DNA of 64,000 nucleotides, from contig OZ024743.1 of the NCBI GenBank assembly GCA_964016885.1, forward strand, positions 172,112,001 through 172,176,000, given 5' to 3'. The position numbers and the translations under genes were made by a program. This DNA is from Eledone cirrhosa (lineage: Eukaryota). Shown here piece by piece: positions 27,598 through 41,240 of the stretch. The stretch's first letter is position 1, and every line of letters starts with the position of its first letter. The notes beneath the pieces are model-generated. The model searched no databases. It was not told the origin of the DNA and saw only the letters and a program-made list of their open reading frames with translations.

Positions 27598-28568
27598 AAT
27601 AAACCTTTCAAGTACGCTCTATCTCAAAATTATTTTTGAAAAGCATTTAGAAATGCGCAACCGGTAAAACTTAAAACCAAAACTGAATACTAACCAATAC
27701 AATTACTAATCATTTATTCCTAATTAAACTATTTTTTACTGTGAACAATTTGTCAGCATTTTCTATTCCGTTTACCAATATATAATAACTTGTGTGTTAC
27801 ACCTCTATTCTTTTAACTATATATATATATATATATATATTTACACCTCTATATATATATGTTACACCTCTATTCTTTTAAATATATATATATATATATT
27901 TATTAAAATAACAGATAAAGTTTAAGCAAAGAATCGTTGCTTTCACCCTTAACGGGATCTTCTGAAACTAACAAAGTCAATCTGTAAACGCAGAAGTGGA
28001 TATTTTAAAAAACGTTGCAACCGGAGGAAGACAGGGAGACGATACTTTGGTTCGTGGAAACGTTCCCTGGCAAAGAACGGGAACAAACGAATATAATACG
28101 TCATTAATAGGAGCGGTGAAAAACAATTACACGCAAAGACAGGACCACGTTTATGATATAAAAGAAGTCGTAGACTAATGTTCTCTTAGGTGGTTCGTAG
28201 AGACGTTCTCTGGCAATGAACGGAAAAAACGAAGATAATACGTCATATATATACCACGTTGGTTTGACAAATTTAACCTGAAGCAAACGGAAAATATAGA
28301 ATAAATATACTGACCGTCTCAATAACTATTTCATCTCTCGGATAGATTTAATCTGTTTCGCTCTGAAAATTGTGTTTGTAACAGATAATCCGTAGGCATT
28401 CATCAGCGAGAGACAACGTGTTATTTCAATCCTCGTAATTTTAGACACATAATTTACCGTGTTTATTATTATATTTGAATGCTCAGTATTTATACTTTGA
28501 GCTTGTTAATTACAGTGTATCAATATGAGCTATTAACTCTGCATTTTATATATATATAAATATATATA

Positions 28569-29192
28569 TATGCAAATCAGGCCGATCTGTCATTGTATAT
28601 TTTAGAAAATATCATATATTTTCACTAGCTCTAAAAGTTAGCAGGTGAACAGTGAACTGTACTGATGAAGGGAAACACCCAGGAACATTAGAGTCTGCAG
28701 TTCTGTTTACATGCCAATACGAGAGCAAGAATGAGGGGCTCATTCTACTGACATGGCTTTAAAAATTGGGCTCTTTGCATGGTTGCAAAAGAATCGAATA
28801 TTATTGTTGATGTTCGGAGGGCTCAGATTGCATTTATTCTATTCAGCCATGTAGAGCGAACATTTTTTATTTATTTGAATATAGCAAAGTCGGTCATTAA
28901 TCGCTCGTATACAGGAAACTGACTGACCAGTCTGTTGGTATGCAAATCTGGCTGATCAGTGGATCTGCTAATATGCAGATCTGACTGGTCAGCCAGTGTG
29001 CTAATATGCAAATCAGGCCGATCAGACACTGTATATTTTAGAAAATATCATATATTTTCACTAGCTCTGACAGTTGGAATGAGAACAGTGAACAGTACTA
29101 ATGAAGGGTAATGCCCAGAAACAGAGTCTGCAGTTCTGTATGCATGCCAACACAAGAGCAAGAATGAAGCGTTCATTCTACTGACATGGCTT
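28569..29192 (+). repeat. Two ~190-bp direct repeats about 436 bp apart, each with a minimal HHR
   Basis: Repeats start at 28569 and 29005. gaactgta-CTGATGA-aggg/ccc-GGAAC..GTC-tgcagttc at 28654-28703, and CTAATGA...GAAAC..GTC at 29098-29128. Confidence 0.75.
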
Positions 29193-29629
29193 TACTTTCA
29201 CTCACCCCCTCTGATAGTCACCCTCTCTAGGCTAGCCTCTTCCTCGCACTTTCACTCACTCACTCTCTGCTACTCGCCCTCTCTCTCACTTCCTCCATCG
29301 TCCCACACCGTACGCGATCTTTCTTCTCACTCACATCTGTACGGCTAAGATGTGCCTTTTTGTTCTCCTCGTCAATATTCGCCTGGTCTTATGTTCGAAA
29401 TGAATTATTAACTTGATTTTTTCATTTTTTCCTCTCTTTACGTTGCCTCAACATTCATGTCTGTTTACTTGTCTTTCTCTTTCTCCACCCAACTCTTTTT
29501 ATCCCAGTAACTTATTTTAGTTATTGTGTTGCCCTAAGCTGAGGTATCTTGTCTGTAACGCGAATAAATACCTATGATGTCTCGTAAACAACTGATGATG
29601 GATATTCCTAACTTCTTTTTCTAATTCTT

Positions 29630-29693
<64 letters not shown>

Positions 29694-29774
29694 TATACAT
29701 AGATATATATATATAAATGTAAATATGTACATGTACACGTATATATATCTACAAAACCAAATTGTAAAATCGTA

Positions 29775-32120
29775 ATATTATAAAATAAAATTAAATTGTT
29801 TAGAACTACAAGTGAAGTCATTCTTTCCCTTTTTTTAAATATACCTAACTGTACCAAGGATTTCACACATTTTCTAATATTTTACCGCTTTGTACACGAC
29901 AGAATGGCTAACACACGTTCAAAATGTATTACTGAATCCCTCAAATCGGAGACAATATTACAGAAGAACTCTCCATAATAATTGTTTCTAGTTTTGGCAC
30001 AAGGCCAGCAAATACCCAATGCATTACTGGTACTTTATTTTATCGACCCCGTAAGGATGAAAGTCAAAGTTAACCTCGGCGGGATTTGAACTCAGAATGG
30101 CAAGGGCCGTAACTCTTTGTGTCAAAGCATGGCGTCCGACCCTCTACCGATACTTCCAATCCACCGCCCTTATTATGTAGAACTCTACATAATAATGCGA
30201 CTCTCTTACTAATGCCGTACATGAAATGAAACAACAAACACGCAGCTTTAGGAAAAAAGCTTGATTCCCTAACTGCAAACCGCCACAAGCAAGAACAAAT
30301 CTCCCCCTCTGAAACAGTTACACACGACCAAAATTTCATCGTTCATAATGCGTTCAAAGAATGGAATGAACTGAATTTGGAAAAAGAAACCAAATGAAAA
30401 ATATTTGGAACCAATTACTAAGCCAAAGAAAACAGGCATACTGTTAAGTCTTCAGGAGTGAAAACCTGGCGGATATATAGAAGAAACCAAAATAAGACTA
30501 AATCTAGCACTCCAGGAACTTGAGACAGAAATCACTCTACTCCGTCTAAGAGTGCCAAAATTCAAAGAAAAATTCGAATAGTGCGACACCACTATTCGAG
30601 AAGAAATAAATAAAAGAAGCAGCGGCAATGTACGGGAAAACTCTTTGACCTATGGAAGGACAATACAACCAGTCTGGAATTAAAATCAAAGAGAATCTTG
30701 GAATCAAGAACACAATGGTTACAGGAATAGCAAAAGAACTATGGGAAAGACAAAATAAAATAAAAAAAACAAGCCTATAAGAAATCCTCAAATCCGGGAA
30801 TATTAAAAAAACACAAAAATTGAAACATTTTCACGCAATAAACAAACATCAACCATAGATCGGAGAATCCCAAGCATACAATTATACACAGACCAAATAC
30901 TAAACACCAGAACCAGATACAACTGCTGTCAAAACCCCAAGAACAATTACCAACGGCAAAATCAAAGACCGAACGGAAGCACAGAAGAACTAGACACCCC
31001 ATATATCAACCACTAAATAAGATCCTACCGTTCAGAAAATTATCAACACTAAATACCTACGAACAGAATATTTCACCACAACAGAAACACCCCTATCCCA
31101 TATGGGAATTATTTTGTAGGACAAGATGCCTCCCACCAAATGAAGGAAAAAAGGAAAAATACACCACCCTTCAAGTGGCACTTGACGAGAAAACCCCAAA
31201 GGAACAAAAAATATTCAATATATCGGCCAAGAAACTAACACAACAGAAAATCAAACTGCTAGAAAATGGACTGAAGTTCAAACCCACTCCGAAAGCAGAT
31301 CAAGCCGACCTTATAAAAGACACAGAAGATTTTTGTCAAAAATTACCTCTAGGAGAATTATTCCAGCGTAGAATACATAACCTGCCTACGACGATTGGCA
31401 CAGTCAAATATTGCAGAGACGAAACACAAACGCAACATTCCTACAGACCAACCATTAGCACTAAACAAGCTACAAAAAGACTCCTCAATAATCATAAAAG
31501 AAGTGGACAACGGCGAAGCAATCGTCATCATGGATAAAAACCACTACAAGGATATGGTCCTAGAACAGTTGAATGACGAGGGTATTTACAGGAAAATGAG
31601 CAAAACCGAAGAAAGAAAATCGATGATTCAATAGGCAAACTGACGACAAAGTACCAAAGTAACCTTACGCTAAAGGAAGTCAATTAATTAACCAACTTCG
31701 AAATGAAAACCAGCAATTTTTAAGGATTACCGAAAGTTCACAAATCCAGAGAAATCCAAAATAACATACAAGGCAAAAATACCACATATGTTGAAGTATC
31801 AACACCGACAGATTTAAAATTACGCCCAATTGTTGCTGGTCCAGCCTCACGCAACCTATTAGACATCATACTGAAACCCTTATGTAAAAAAGTGCCAAGC
31901 TTCATCAGCGATGATATGGAATTCCTGAACTATATCCCTCAGAAAGTACACCAAAAAACAATGTTAATAAGCTTTGACGTAACAAGCTTATATACTAACA
32001 TCCCACACGACTTAGGAATTGAAGCTGTTGACTTCTGGATTATAAAGCATTTCAGAGAGATTCCTCCAAAAGTTTATTTTGGAAGGACTCAAATTAGTGT
32101 TGGAGAACAACCACTCCTCT
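29775..32120 (+). mobile_element. PLE 5' half (N-terminal region plus RT fingers/palm), decayed, with a nested SINE
   Basis: LLENGLKFKPTP, IIIKEVDNGEAIVIMDK, GLPKVHKS, LRPIVAGP, ISFDVTSLYTNIPH. Its 5' ~105 bp recur at 1921-2028. Confidence 0.85.
29983..30168 (-). mobile_element. tRNA-derived SINE
   Basis: Reverse complement of the family consensus. Imperfect TSD agaactct(c/a)cataataat on both sides. Confidence 0.9.
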
Positions 32121-32121
32121 A

Positions 32122-33360
32122 ACCAACTGTATTTACAAATGTGTGTATAATGTTTCGTGTGTATGTGTTCGCGTTTGTAAAATGTTTGGTGTGTATGTGT
32201 TTTTGTTTTTGTATTCTATCTTTGTTCACTAGTGTGTGATTATATGTGTTTGTTGTTATTGTACTTGTGAATATATTTATTTATTTATTTATTTATTTAT
32301 TTATATTTCCCTTAAGTCAGTATTGTTTGTTTGGGTATGGTTGTTGTTGTTATTCCATTCGTTTTTTTCTGTTCAACTTCGGTCTTCTTAGTTCTATCTC
32401 CGTTGCTTTTCTGATTTGCCTACCTGTAGAGTAATTTCTATGCTTAGATATTATTTTAATTTCTATGTTGTCTATGTTACCGTCATGTCTTTGTCTGGCG
32501 TGTTCATATAGTACTGAATCGTTTTTTATCCTTTTAGTTTCCCCCAGTGTTGGTCTATTCTCTCTCCTATGCTTCGACCTGCCTCACCTATGTATGACGT
32601 TGTTATGATTCTGCAAGTACCCTCTGTTTATCTGATGCTATAGACTACATTTCTAGTTTTACAATATATCTGGGGGTTCATTCTACATATAACACATTTC
32701 TTACTCGTAAAGTGGGTTTTCTTAAAGGGGCTTTTGTACCACCTTAATCTTTAGATGGGTCTTTCTTGGGGCCTTTCTACATTGCTTAGCTAATTTCCCT
32801 CTAGAGGTAGCATCCACGAACATGACACTCTGGTATCTCTGGTTGTCATACCAGGAAGTGGCTTTCCCTATCTTATGTTTAGTCCTATCTAAGCTATTCC
32901 ATGATTTGCTCCTGTATAATGGGAAAATTCATTTCATGTCCATTTCTATGAGGGACTTATATTTTTCCGTGGCCCCTTTGTACACCTGATTCTGTCTCTT
33001 TGGTTGTAGCCAGAGAACTGCATGCGATTGATGAAGTGTTGGATGTGTCTTTCCATTTCAGTTGGGTCGCACATGCGGGACACATTCTTCATCACTTTAC
33101 CAAATCTGTGATCGGAATATTAAACTTAGCACTATTTGACATTGCTTAGTTTTGAGAATCAGGTATTTGGAGGCCATGTGTTTATCATAGTGTGAGTGGA
33201 GAATGTTGGCCCTCTCGTCTATAGTGTTTATCCAGAGACAGAGACAAGAAGAAATAAATAAAATAAAAATGGCGTAGACATTACAATACAATGAGAGGAA
33301 ACATAATAGTACCACTGATGATGTCGCAAATGTGCGACGAAAGAACTTTGATAGACTATA
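32122..33360 (-). mobile_element. 5'-truncated PLE (thumb plus GIY-YIG) with an inverted HHR-bearing terminal repeat at its 5' junction
   Basis: Homologous to 39660-40700. Plus-strand HHR at 33315-33342, CTGATGA-gtcgca/tgcgac-GAAA. Confidence 0.85.
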
Positions 33361-33389
33361 TATATATATTTATATCTGTTTCCACATTT

Positions 33390-35878
33390 GGTTATGTGTT
33401 TCCGGAAAGACGAGGCCCAGGTGTTGATGTGCTCCTTGATCGGGTGTGTAGTGGCCGGATTGTGCTACCTATATAGTAGTGGTTGCACTTGTTACATTCT
33501 ACCTTATACGCGACGTATGTGCGTAGGCAACCGTTCGTATGGCGTATCGGGCAGTTTGTGAGGGAGCACGCGTCAGTCGATTTCCCGGGTTTCCTGGAGA
33601 AGCATCTTCGTAGGGAGGGGCCCGAGTGGGCCAAGTGGATGTCGAGGTCCTCTCTCCGTATAGCCTTGCAGATAGCGTTGGTGGTATTCTCGCCCAGGAG
33701 TAGTATTTTAAGGAAGCACTTGCCTTGGGCGTTTCTCTGCCTCTTGCGTCTGGTGTCTCTTATTCTATTTGTGAGTGAGGCAGGGTACCCGTTCGTCTCC
33801 AGCACTTTGAGGAATCACTTGGTATGGGTGACACCACACGCGGATCGCTGCATCTGTTTTTAATTCGCGTGATCTCGTTCGTGATGTACCCTCTTTTAGC
33901 ACTGTTAGGGAGGGCAGAGTTGTAGTAGATTAACAGTTCCCTGCAGGCTGCTTTGGAGTGGATCCCTCCCTGTTCAGTGATGTTGATTCGGGAGTCGAGG
34001 AGAGCAAGGGGCCCGTCGTCGTTGGGGTGTTCAACACTGAAATCAATATTCTCGTCCGTGTTGTTGAACGTTTCATAAATTCCGTTCGCCATCTCTTGGG
34101 AAGATTTGAGGATGAGGATATCGTCCACGTACCTTGAGAAAAAGGCGACGGCGTTGAGGTGGCAGGTGTTCAGATCGCTAGCACACCCGACAGGCTTGAG
34201 CCCTTGGGCAGTCCCGAGGTTTGCTGGTATGTTTGGTCGAGGAATCCGAAGTATGTGTTGTCAACGACGATGGATAGGAGTTGGTGGATGTCAGTGGTGG
34301 TGAGCCCGAAGCAGTGTAGGTCGGTGGATTGGATGCGTTCCATCAGTATATTAACGGCCGGGAGCGCCGGGACCGAGGTGTAAAGAGCGACTACATCAAG
34401 GCTGAAGGTATATCTGTTTTCCTCTCTGGTGTCGGGATCCATTTGATGCAGGCGCTCCATCACCTCCTCGGAGCTGTTAACGTGTCCCGGCAAGGTGTCT
34501 AGAATGGGTTTGAGTATTCTGGCTAGGAGCCATGAAATTTTGTACAGCGGTCCTTCCACGCTCGATACAATGGGTCTGATCTTCAGGTCGGGTCTCTGTT
34601 TGTGTATTTTCGCGAGGTGGTAGAAGGCGGGTAGTCTGCTGTTCCTCGTGAAGAGGTTGTATCTCAGCTTCATTGGGAGCTTCCTCCGGTCGCAGATGTT
34701 GGTCCAGGCGGCGTTGATTTGCTCCTCTATCTGCGCGGGAGTGATTCCCGTGACCTTGGAGTAGAGGTTGTCATCGACAAGGTGTTGCAGGGCCAGGGTG
34801 TTATAGGCCTCTCTGCTGATGACGCAGAATTCTTTTCCCTTGTCGGAGGGGAGGTAGATGAGGTTCTTCGATTTCAGGTTGGCGAGAGTGGTGAGTTGAG
34901 ATTTGGTGAGGTTGTGTGTTGTGCGTGTGTGTGTGTGTTTGTGAAGAATATCGGAGATGGAGTGTTTTAGCCTGATGAGTTTAGTGTCGAGTTCTTCGTT
35001 GGTGGGTGGGGGGGGGGGTTGTCGGGGTGGTAAGTGGGGAACTTGGGGGGGGGGTTGCGTGGGCGCTGTTATTTTCCGTGGCGCTGTTGATGGAGGTCAC
35101 CCATTTAAGTTGTTAAGCGGCTCGACAGAAGTTGGCTTCGATGTCGAGTTTGAGTCTGTCATCGAGTCGTTGTGAGACGATGAACTTGGGTCCGAGGTGT
35201 AGGAGTTTCAGCTCGTCGCTCGTGAGAGTGCCGGTTATGTCGGTGACCAGGTGCGTCGCATCGTTGAGGTGTGGCTCGGTGTTGGCGGTTGTTACGTTGT
35301 TGTTTTCCACGTGGTTCTGGTCTGTCTGTTTGTTAGTGTCGGTGTTCTCGTTGTGGAGTTTAGACAAGATCCACTCATTTTCCGCTTGAGCCGTTTTTTC
35401 TCGTGTTGGACTCTGGAGTGGTAGCACTGGTCGATTGCTTTAGTCATTTTAAGGAGCAAGTCGCCGGGTGTTATTGACAGTCGATGTGTCCGCTCTGAGA
35501 GTGTCCGCTTATGGATGTGTAATTGGCGGTTGAGATGTCTCAGGATCTGTTTGATACACGTGCGATGTATGTTAGTGGTGTTTTGAAAAGCTGGTGTACG
35601 TAGGCTTCCTGGTAAGCGGATATTCCTGATGGTGGTGGGGATGACATCGTTTTTTAGGCAGCGTTTCAGGAAAATAATTTGACAGCCAGAATTGGCCCAT
35701 TTCTCCGACAGTTTAAACAGTTCCCTTACGGATGCAAACAATTCCTGGCTCAGGTGTAAGGATAAGAGAGTAGTGAAGTTTGCTTGAAGCATTGTGGAAT
35801 AAGATATATTTTCTTTAGGTCGTTTTGGAAGCCTCAACAATGCAGATGGGTAATTCTCCGGGTAAAGAGATCCGGTGG

Positions 35879-35882
<4 letters not shown>
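33390..35882 (-). mobile_element. Near-complete PLE ORF (RT plus GIY-YIG), frameshifted
   Basis: LLHLGPKF, FYHLAKIHK..IRPIVS, FSLDVVALYTSV, QTSGLPKGSSLS, RYVDD, AYKVECNKCNHYYIGSTIRPLHTR. Confidence 0.92.
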
Positions 35883-35924
<42 letters not shown>

Positions 35925-35964
35925 CCACCGGATCTCGTTCAAATATCTGGCAGGAGGGTATGCA

Positions 35965-36002
35965 TTGCTGACGATAGCTAACAAGCTTGAAACTAGTACA
36001 GC
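35965..36002 (+). ncRNA. Minimal type I hammerhead motif upstream of, and inverted relative to, the PLE
   Basis: CTGACGA-t agct aaca agct t-GAAAC-ta-GTA. Palindromic ACTAGT loop III. Confidence 0.65.
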
Positions 36003-36299
36003 GTTATTTTGTCAGTGTTGAACAAACGAGCAACGGTGGTTGCTAGACACTACGGCTTAATACGGGATGTTTGTTTACAAACACACCGAGCATTATAATA
36101 AATGTTTGGTGAGTTCATACATACATATATATATGTGTGCATGTATGTATATATATATATATATACATACTACTGTACGTATGTATACATATATGTATGT
36201 ACGTATACATACTTATATTTAAGTGACAGTCTTACTGGGAGTGGGAAATGAAATTGCGTTTCATTTTTTCCGTTTATATATATATATATATATATATAT

Positions 36300-36392
36300 C
36301 GAAAAATGTTCAATACCCACTCTACTACCCTAAGTATTGAGTACTCTGGTGCGTTATGGTCTATCTGGTACATTACCACACTTCCTTCGTTG

Positions 36393-36393
<1 letters not shown>
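36300..36393 (+). repeat. Short (TA)n-flanked repeat terminus
   Basis: Reverse-complement homolog at about 54700-54780. Confidence 0.65.
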
Positions 36394-36440
<47 letters not shown>

Positions 36441-39400
36441 TGTTATACTTGGGGAGGGTCATATTTGTGTAATTCATATTGCCAGAATTAATAACAGAAC
36501 ACACTCACTGTTTGGTTGGTTTTCGCTTTTCGCTTCTGTGTCTTTTATATCGGTAATCTAATTTATTCGGTCCTCAATGTTGCCATTGACTGACCAACGG
36601 TCACAATTAATACAGATACAATATAGACACAAACACATATATACAGTTTATCAAAGATCTTTCGTTGAACATCTGCAACATCGTCAGTGGTGCTATTGTT
36701 TCCTCCCGTTACATTGTATTTTCTACGCCATCTTTATTTAGTCTGTTTATATATTTATTTATTTGTTTATTTTATTTTGTCTTCTTTGCGAATGCGTTTG
36801 CGTGTGTGTATAGTGTTTTGTTTGATGTGTGTTCGTGATTGGGTGACTGTGTATTGGTTAATGTATTCTATCTTTACTAGTGTGTGTTTATATGTGTTTG
36901 TTGTTATTGCGCTTGTGTATGTATTTATTTATTTATCTATTTATTTATTTATACTTCTCTTAGGTCAGTGTTGTTTGTTTGGGTGTTGTGGTTATTCCAT
37001 TCATTCTTTCTGTTTAGCCTTGGCCTTCTAAGTTCTATTTCACTGGCCTCTCTGATTTGCCTATCTGCTGGGTCATTTATATGTTTAGATATTATTCTAA
37101 TTTCTATGTTGTCTATGTTACCGTCGTGTTGTTGTCTGGCATGTTCGTATAGTACTTAACCGTTTTTTCGTCCTTTTAGTTCCCCCCAGTGTTGGTCTAT
37201 CCTTTCACCTATGCTACGAGCTGTCTCGCCTATGTATGTTGTTGTCATGTTTCTGCAAGTACCCTATGTACATCTTATGCTATAGACTACGTTTCTAGTT
37301 TTACAGTTTATCCGGGGGTTTACCTTACATATGATACATTTCCTATTAGTACAGTGGATTTTCTTAAAAGGGTAGGTTTTGCTGATCAGGGATTTTATGG
37401 TGGTTCCTGGCTTTTCTACCACCTTAATCTTTAAGTGGGTCTTTCTCAGGGCCTTTCTACACTGGTTAGCTAATTTCCCTCCAGGGGTAGCGTCCACAAA
37501 CATCACACTCTGGTATCTCTGGTTGTCGTACCATGAGTTGACTTTCCCTATCTTATGTCTAGCCCTATCTAAGCTATTCCATGATTTGCTCCTGTATAAT
37601 GGGTGAATTCCTTTCATGTCCAGTTCTATTATTGTCTTATACTTCTCCATGGCTCCTTCGTATACTCTGACTCTGTCTCTTTGGTTATAGCCAGAGAACT
37701 GCATGCGGTTGATGAAGTGTTGGATGTGTCTTTCCATTTCTGTTGGGTCGCACATGCGGGACACATTCTTCATCACTCGTACCAAATCTGCGATCAGAAT
37801 ATTAAACTTAGCACTACTGGACATTGCTGAGTTTTTGAGTATCAGGTATTTGTAGGCCATGGGTTTAGCATAGTGTGAGTGGAGAATTTGGGCTCTCTCG
37901 ACTATAGTGTTAATCCAGAGTTCCGTGTTTAATACAGGTAGTCTATTGTTAGGGTGTTTGGAAGGGTAGTCGATAGTTACAGTTATACTCTGGTGTATGG
38001 AATTAGCTATCTGCTGGATGCTTTCCATTGTGCTACGTTCTAAATCAAACTTGTTAGTGCTCTCTAGTGGGGATGTTCTTATAACTATATTGATATCGTC
38101 TACGTAACGAGAGTACATGATGAGGTCTACGGAGCTCTCATTAAGGAGATCTTTAAGTCTCCTTTCCCACCATACCATAAAAAGGTTGGCAACATCACCA
38201 GCTATTCTGACGCGAATGGCTGCTCCCTCATTTTGGGTGTAGATCTTTTCGTTTAACTTGAATATGTGGCCCTTTAGTGTAGTTTTTATACTAGCCCCTA
38301 TGGAATGTGCGACCATTTTTCTTACTTGATCATTGTTTTGGGGGGGTCCGTATAGCTTTGGTCCACCCAATCTACCTTCCCATGGGAGTCTTTTTTTTTT
38401 TAGAGACAGAGCAGACCAGAGGCCCAACAACTTGGGAGGAAACCTGTAGAAGGCTTGGTTAGCCTCAAGCAGCGCACAAGGGATGGTGAGGTAGTTTGTC
38501 TACCCACGGATAAGTCTGATAGGATGTCAATAGATAGCATGCCGAACTACACCAAGGCTATGCAACCCACATCACCAACACAAGCGAAATTGCACAGCAA
38601 ACACATGATGGGAGAGAGAAAATCCTCAACGCTCACATGATGATGTGGACCGACATCCTAAAGCCAAGCAGACGCACTTCCAACAAGTTCCAGGCGTCTA
38701 ACAATGGCATACCACCCTTGTATGGGCTCCGCAAAGACCACAAGACAGTCGACGACCCGACAACAGGACCACCAACAAGACCCGTATGCGGAGCTAATAT
38801 AGCTAGCAACTACAGGATCTCCTACTTCCTCTCAATGGTTATACGACCCATAATCAAGATGTCCCCATATGTATGTGACAGTACAGAGGACCTCCTCAGC
38901 AGAATCAGTGAGTGCAACAAAAACAGGAACCTATCCAACTGCATAATAGGCAGCATGGATGTGGTATCACTGTACCCACCCATTAACATTGATTTGCTGT
39001 GGAAAAATGTGTGGAGATGATCATTGAGAGTGAGGTGGAGTTCTGCGACGTCGACACAGACGAACTGGGCCTCCTACTTAGACTTACCTTCGACACTGAC
39101 TACCTAGACAGCCATGACCTTAGACGTTTCTGCCCCAGTAGACCCATAAGAGGTAGACCCCCCACCATAAACTCAATGGCTAAAAAGACTCCCATGGGAA
39201 GGTGGATTGGGTGGACCAAAGCTATACGGACCCCCCAAAACAATGATCAGGTAAGAAAAATGGTCGCACATTCCATAGGGGCTAGTATAAAAACTACCCT
39301 AAAGGGCCACATATTCAAGTTCAACGAGAAGATCTACACCCAAAAGGAGGGAGCAGCCATTGGCGTCAGCATTGCTGGTGATGTTGACAACCTTTTTATG

Positions 39401-41131
39401 GTATGGTGGGAAAGGAGACTTAAAGATCTCCTTATTTGAGAGCTCCATAGACCTCATCATGTACTCTCGTTACGTAGACGATATCAATATAGTTATAAGA
39501 ACATCCCCACTAGAGAGCACTAACAAGTTTGATTTAGAACGTAGCACAATGGAAAGCATCCAGCAGATAGCTAATTCCATACACCAGAGTATAACTGTAA
39601 CTATCGACTACTCTTCCAAACACCCTAACAATAGACTACCTGTATTAGACACAGAACTCTGGATTAACACTATAGACAAGAGCGCCCAAATTCTCCGCTC
39701 ACACTATACTAAACCTATGGCCTCCAAATACCTGATACTAAAAATCTCAGCAATGTCCAGTAGTGCTAAGTTTAATATTCTGATCGCAGATTTGGTACGA
39801 GTGATGAAGAATGTGTCCCGCATGTGCGACCCAACAGAAATGGAAAGACACATCCAACACTTCACCAACCGCATGCAGTTCTCTGGCTGCAACCAAAGAG
39901 ACAGAGTCAGAGTATACGAAGGAACCATGGAGAAGTATACGACCCTCATAGAACTGGACATGAAAGGAATTTGCCCATTATACAGGAGCAAATCATGGAA
40001 TAGCTTAGACAGGGCTAGACATAAGATAGGGAAAGCCACCTCATGGTACGACAACCAGAGATACCAGAGTGTGATGTTTGTGGACGCTACCCCTGGAGGG
40101 AAATTAGCTAACCAGTGTAGAAAGGCCCTGAGAAAGACCCACTTAAAGATTAAGGTGGTAGAAAAGCCAGGAACCACCATAAAATCCCTGATCAGCAAAA
40201 CCTATCCTTTTACGAAAACCCACTGTACTAATAAGAAATGTATCACATGTAAGGTAAACCCCCGGATAAACTGTAAAACTAGAAACGTAGTCTATAGCAT
40301 AAAATGTACAGAGGTTACTTGCAGAAACATGACAACAACATACATAGGCGAGACAGCTCGTAGCATAGGTGAAAGGATAGACCAACACTGGGGGGAACTA
40401 AAAGGACGAAAAAACGGTTAAGTACTATACGAACATGCCAGACAACAACACGACGGTAACATAGACAACATAGAAATTAGAATAATATCTAAACATAGAA
40501 ATTACCCAGCAGATAGGCAAATCAGAGAGGCCAGTGAAATAGAACTGAGAAGGCCAAGGCTAAACAGAAAGAATGAATGGAATAACCACAACACCCAAAC
40601 AAACAACACTGACCTAAGAGAAGTATAAATAAATAAATAGATAAATAAATAAATACATACACAAGCACAATAACAACAAACACATATAAACACACACTAG
40701 TAAAGATATAATACATTAACCAATACACAGTCACCCAATCACGAACACACATCAAACAAAACACTATACACACACGCAAACGCATGCGCGAAGAAGACAA
40801 AATAAAATAACAAATAAATAAATATATAAACAGACTAAATAAAGATGGCGTAGAAAATACAATGTAACGGGAGGAAACAATAGTACCACTGACGATGTTG
40901 CAGATGTGCAACGAAAGAACATTTATAAACTATATATATGTTTGTGTCTATATTGTATCTATATTATTTTTGACCGTTGGTCAGTCAATGGCAGCATTGA
41001 GGACCGAATAAATTAGATTACCGATATAAAAAACACAGAAGCGAAAAGTGAAAACCAACCAAACAGTGAGTGTGTTCTGTTATTAAATCTGGCAATATTA
41101 CACAAATATGACCCTCCCCAAGTATAACAAT
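36441..41131 (+). mobile_element. PLE with a ~1.95-kb inverted duplication of its 3' half at the 5' end
   Basis: 36441-38403 is inverted at 39179-41131. RT motifs LYGLRKDHK..PTRPVCG, GSMDVVSLYP, YSRYVDD. GIY-YIG VVYSIKC..YIGETARSIGER. HHRs at 40889-40916 (+) and 36660-36687 (-). Confidence 0.93.
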
Positions 41132-41171
41132 ATTTGTTTCGACACACGATTTCATATCAAAAACCTCGCAA

Positions 41172-41239
<68 letters not shown>

Positions 41240-41240
<1 letters not shown>

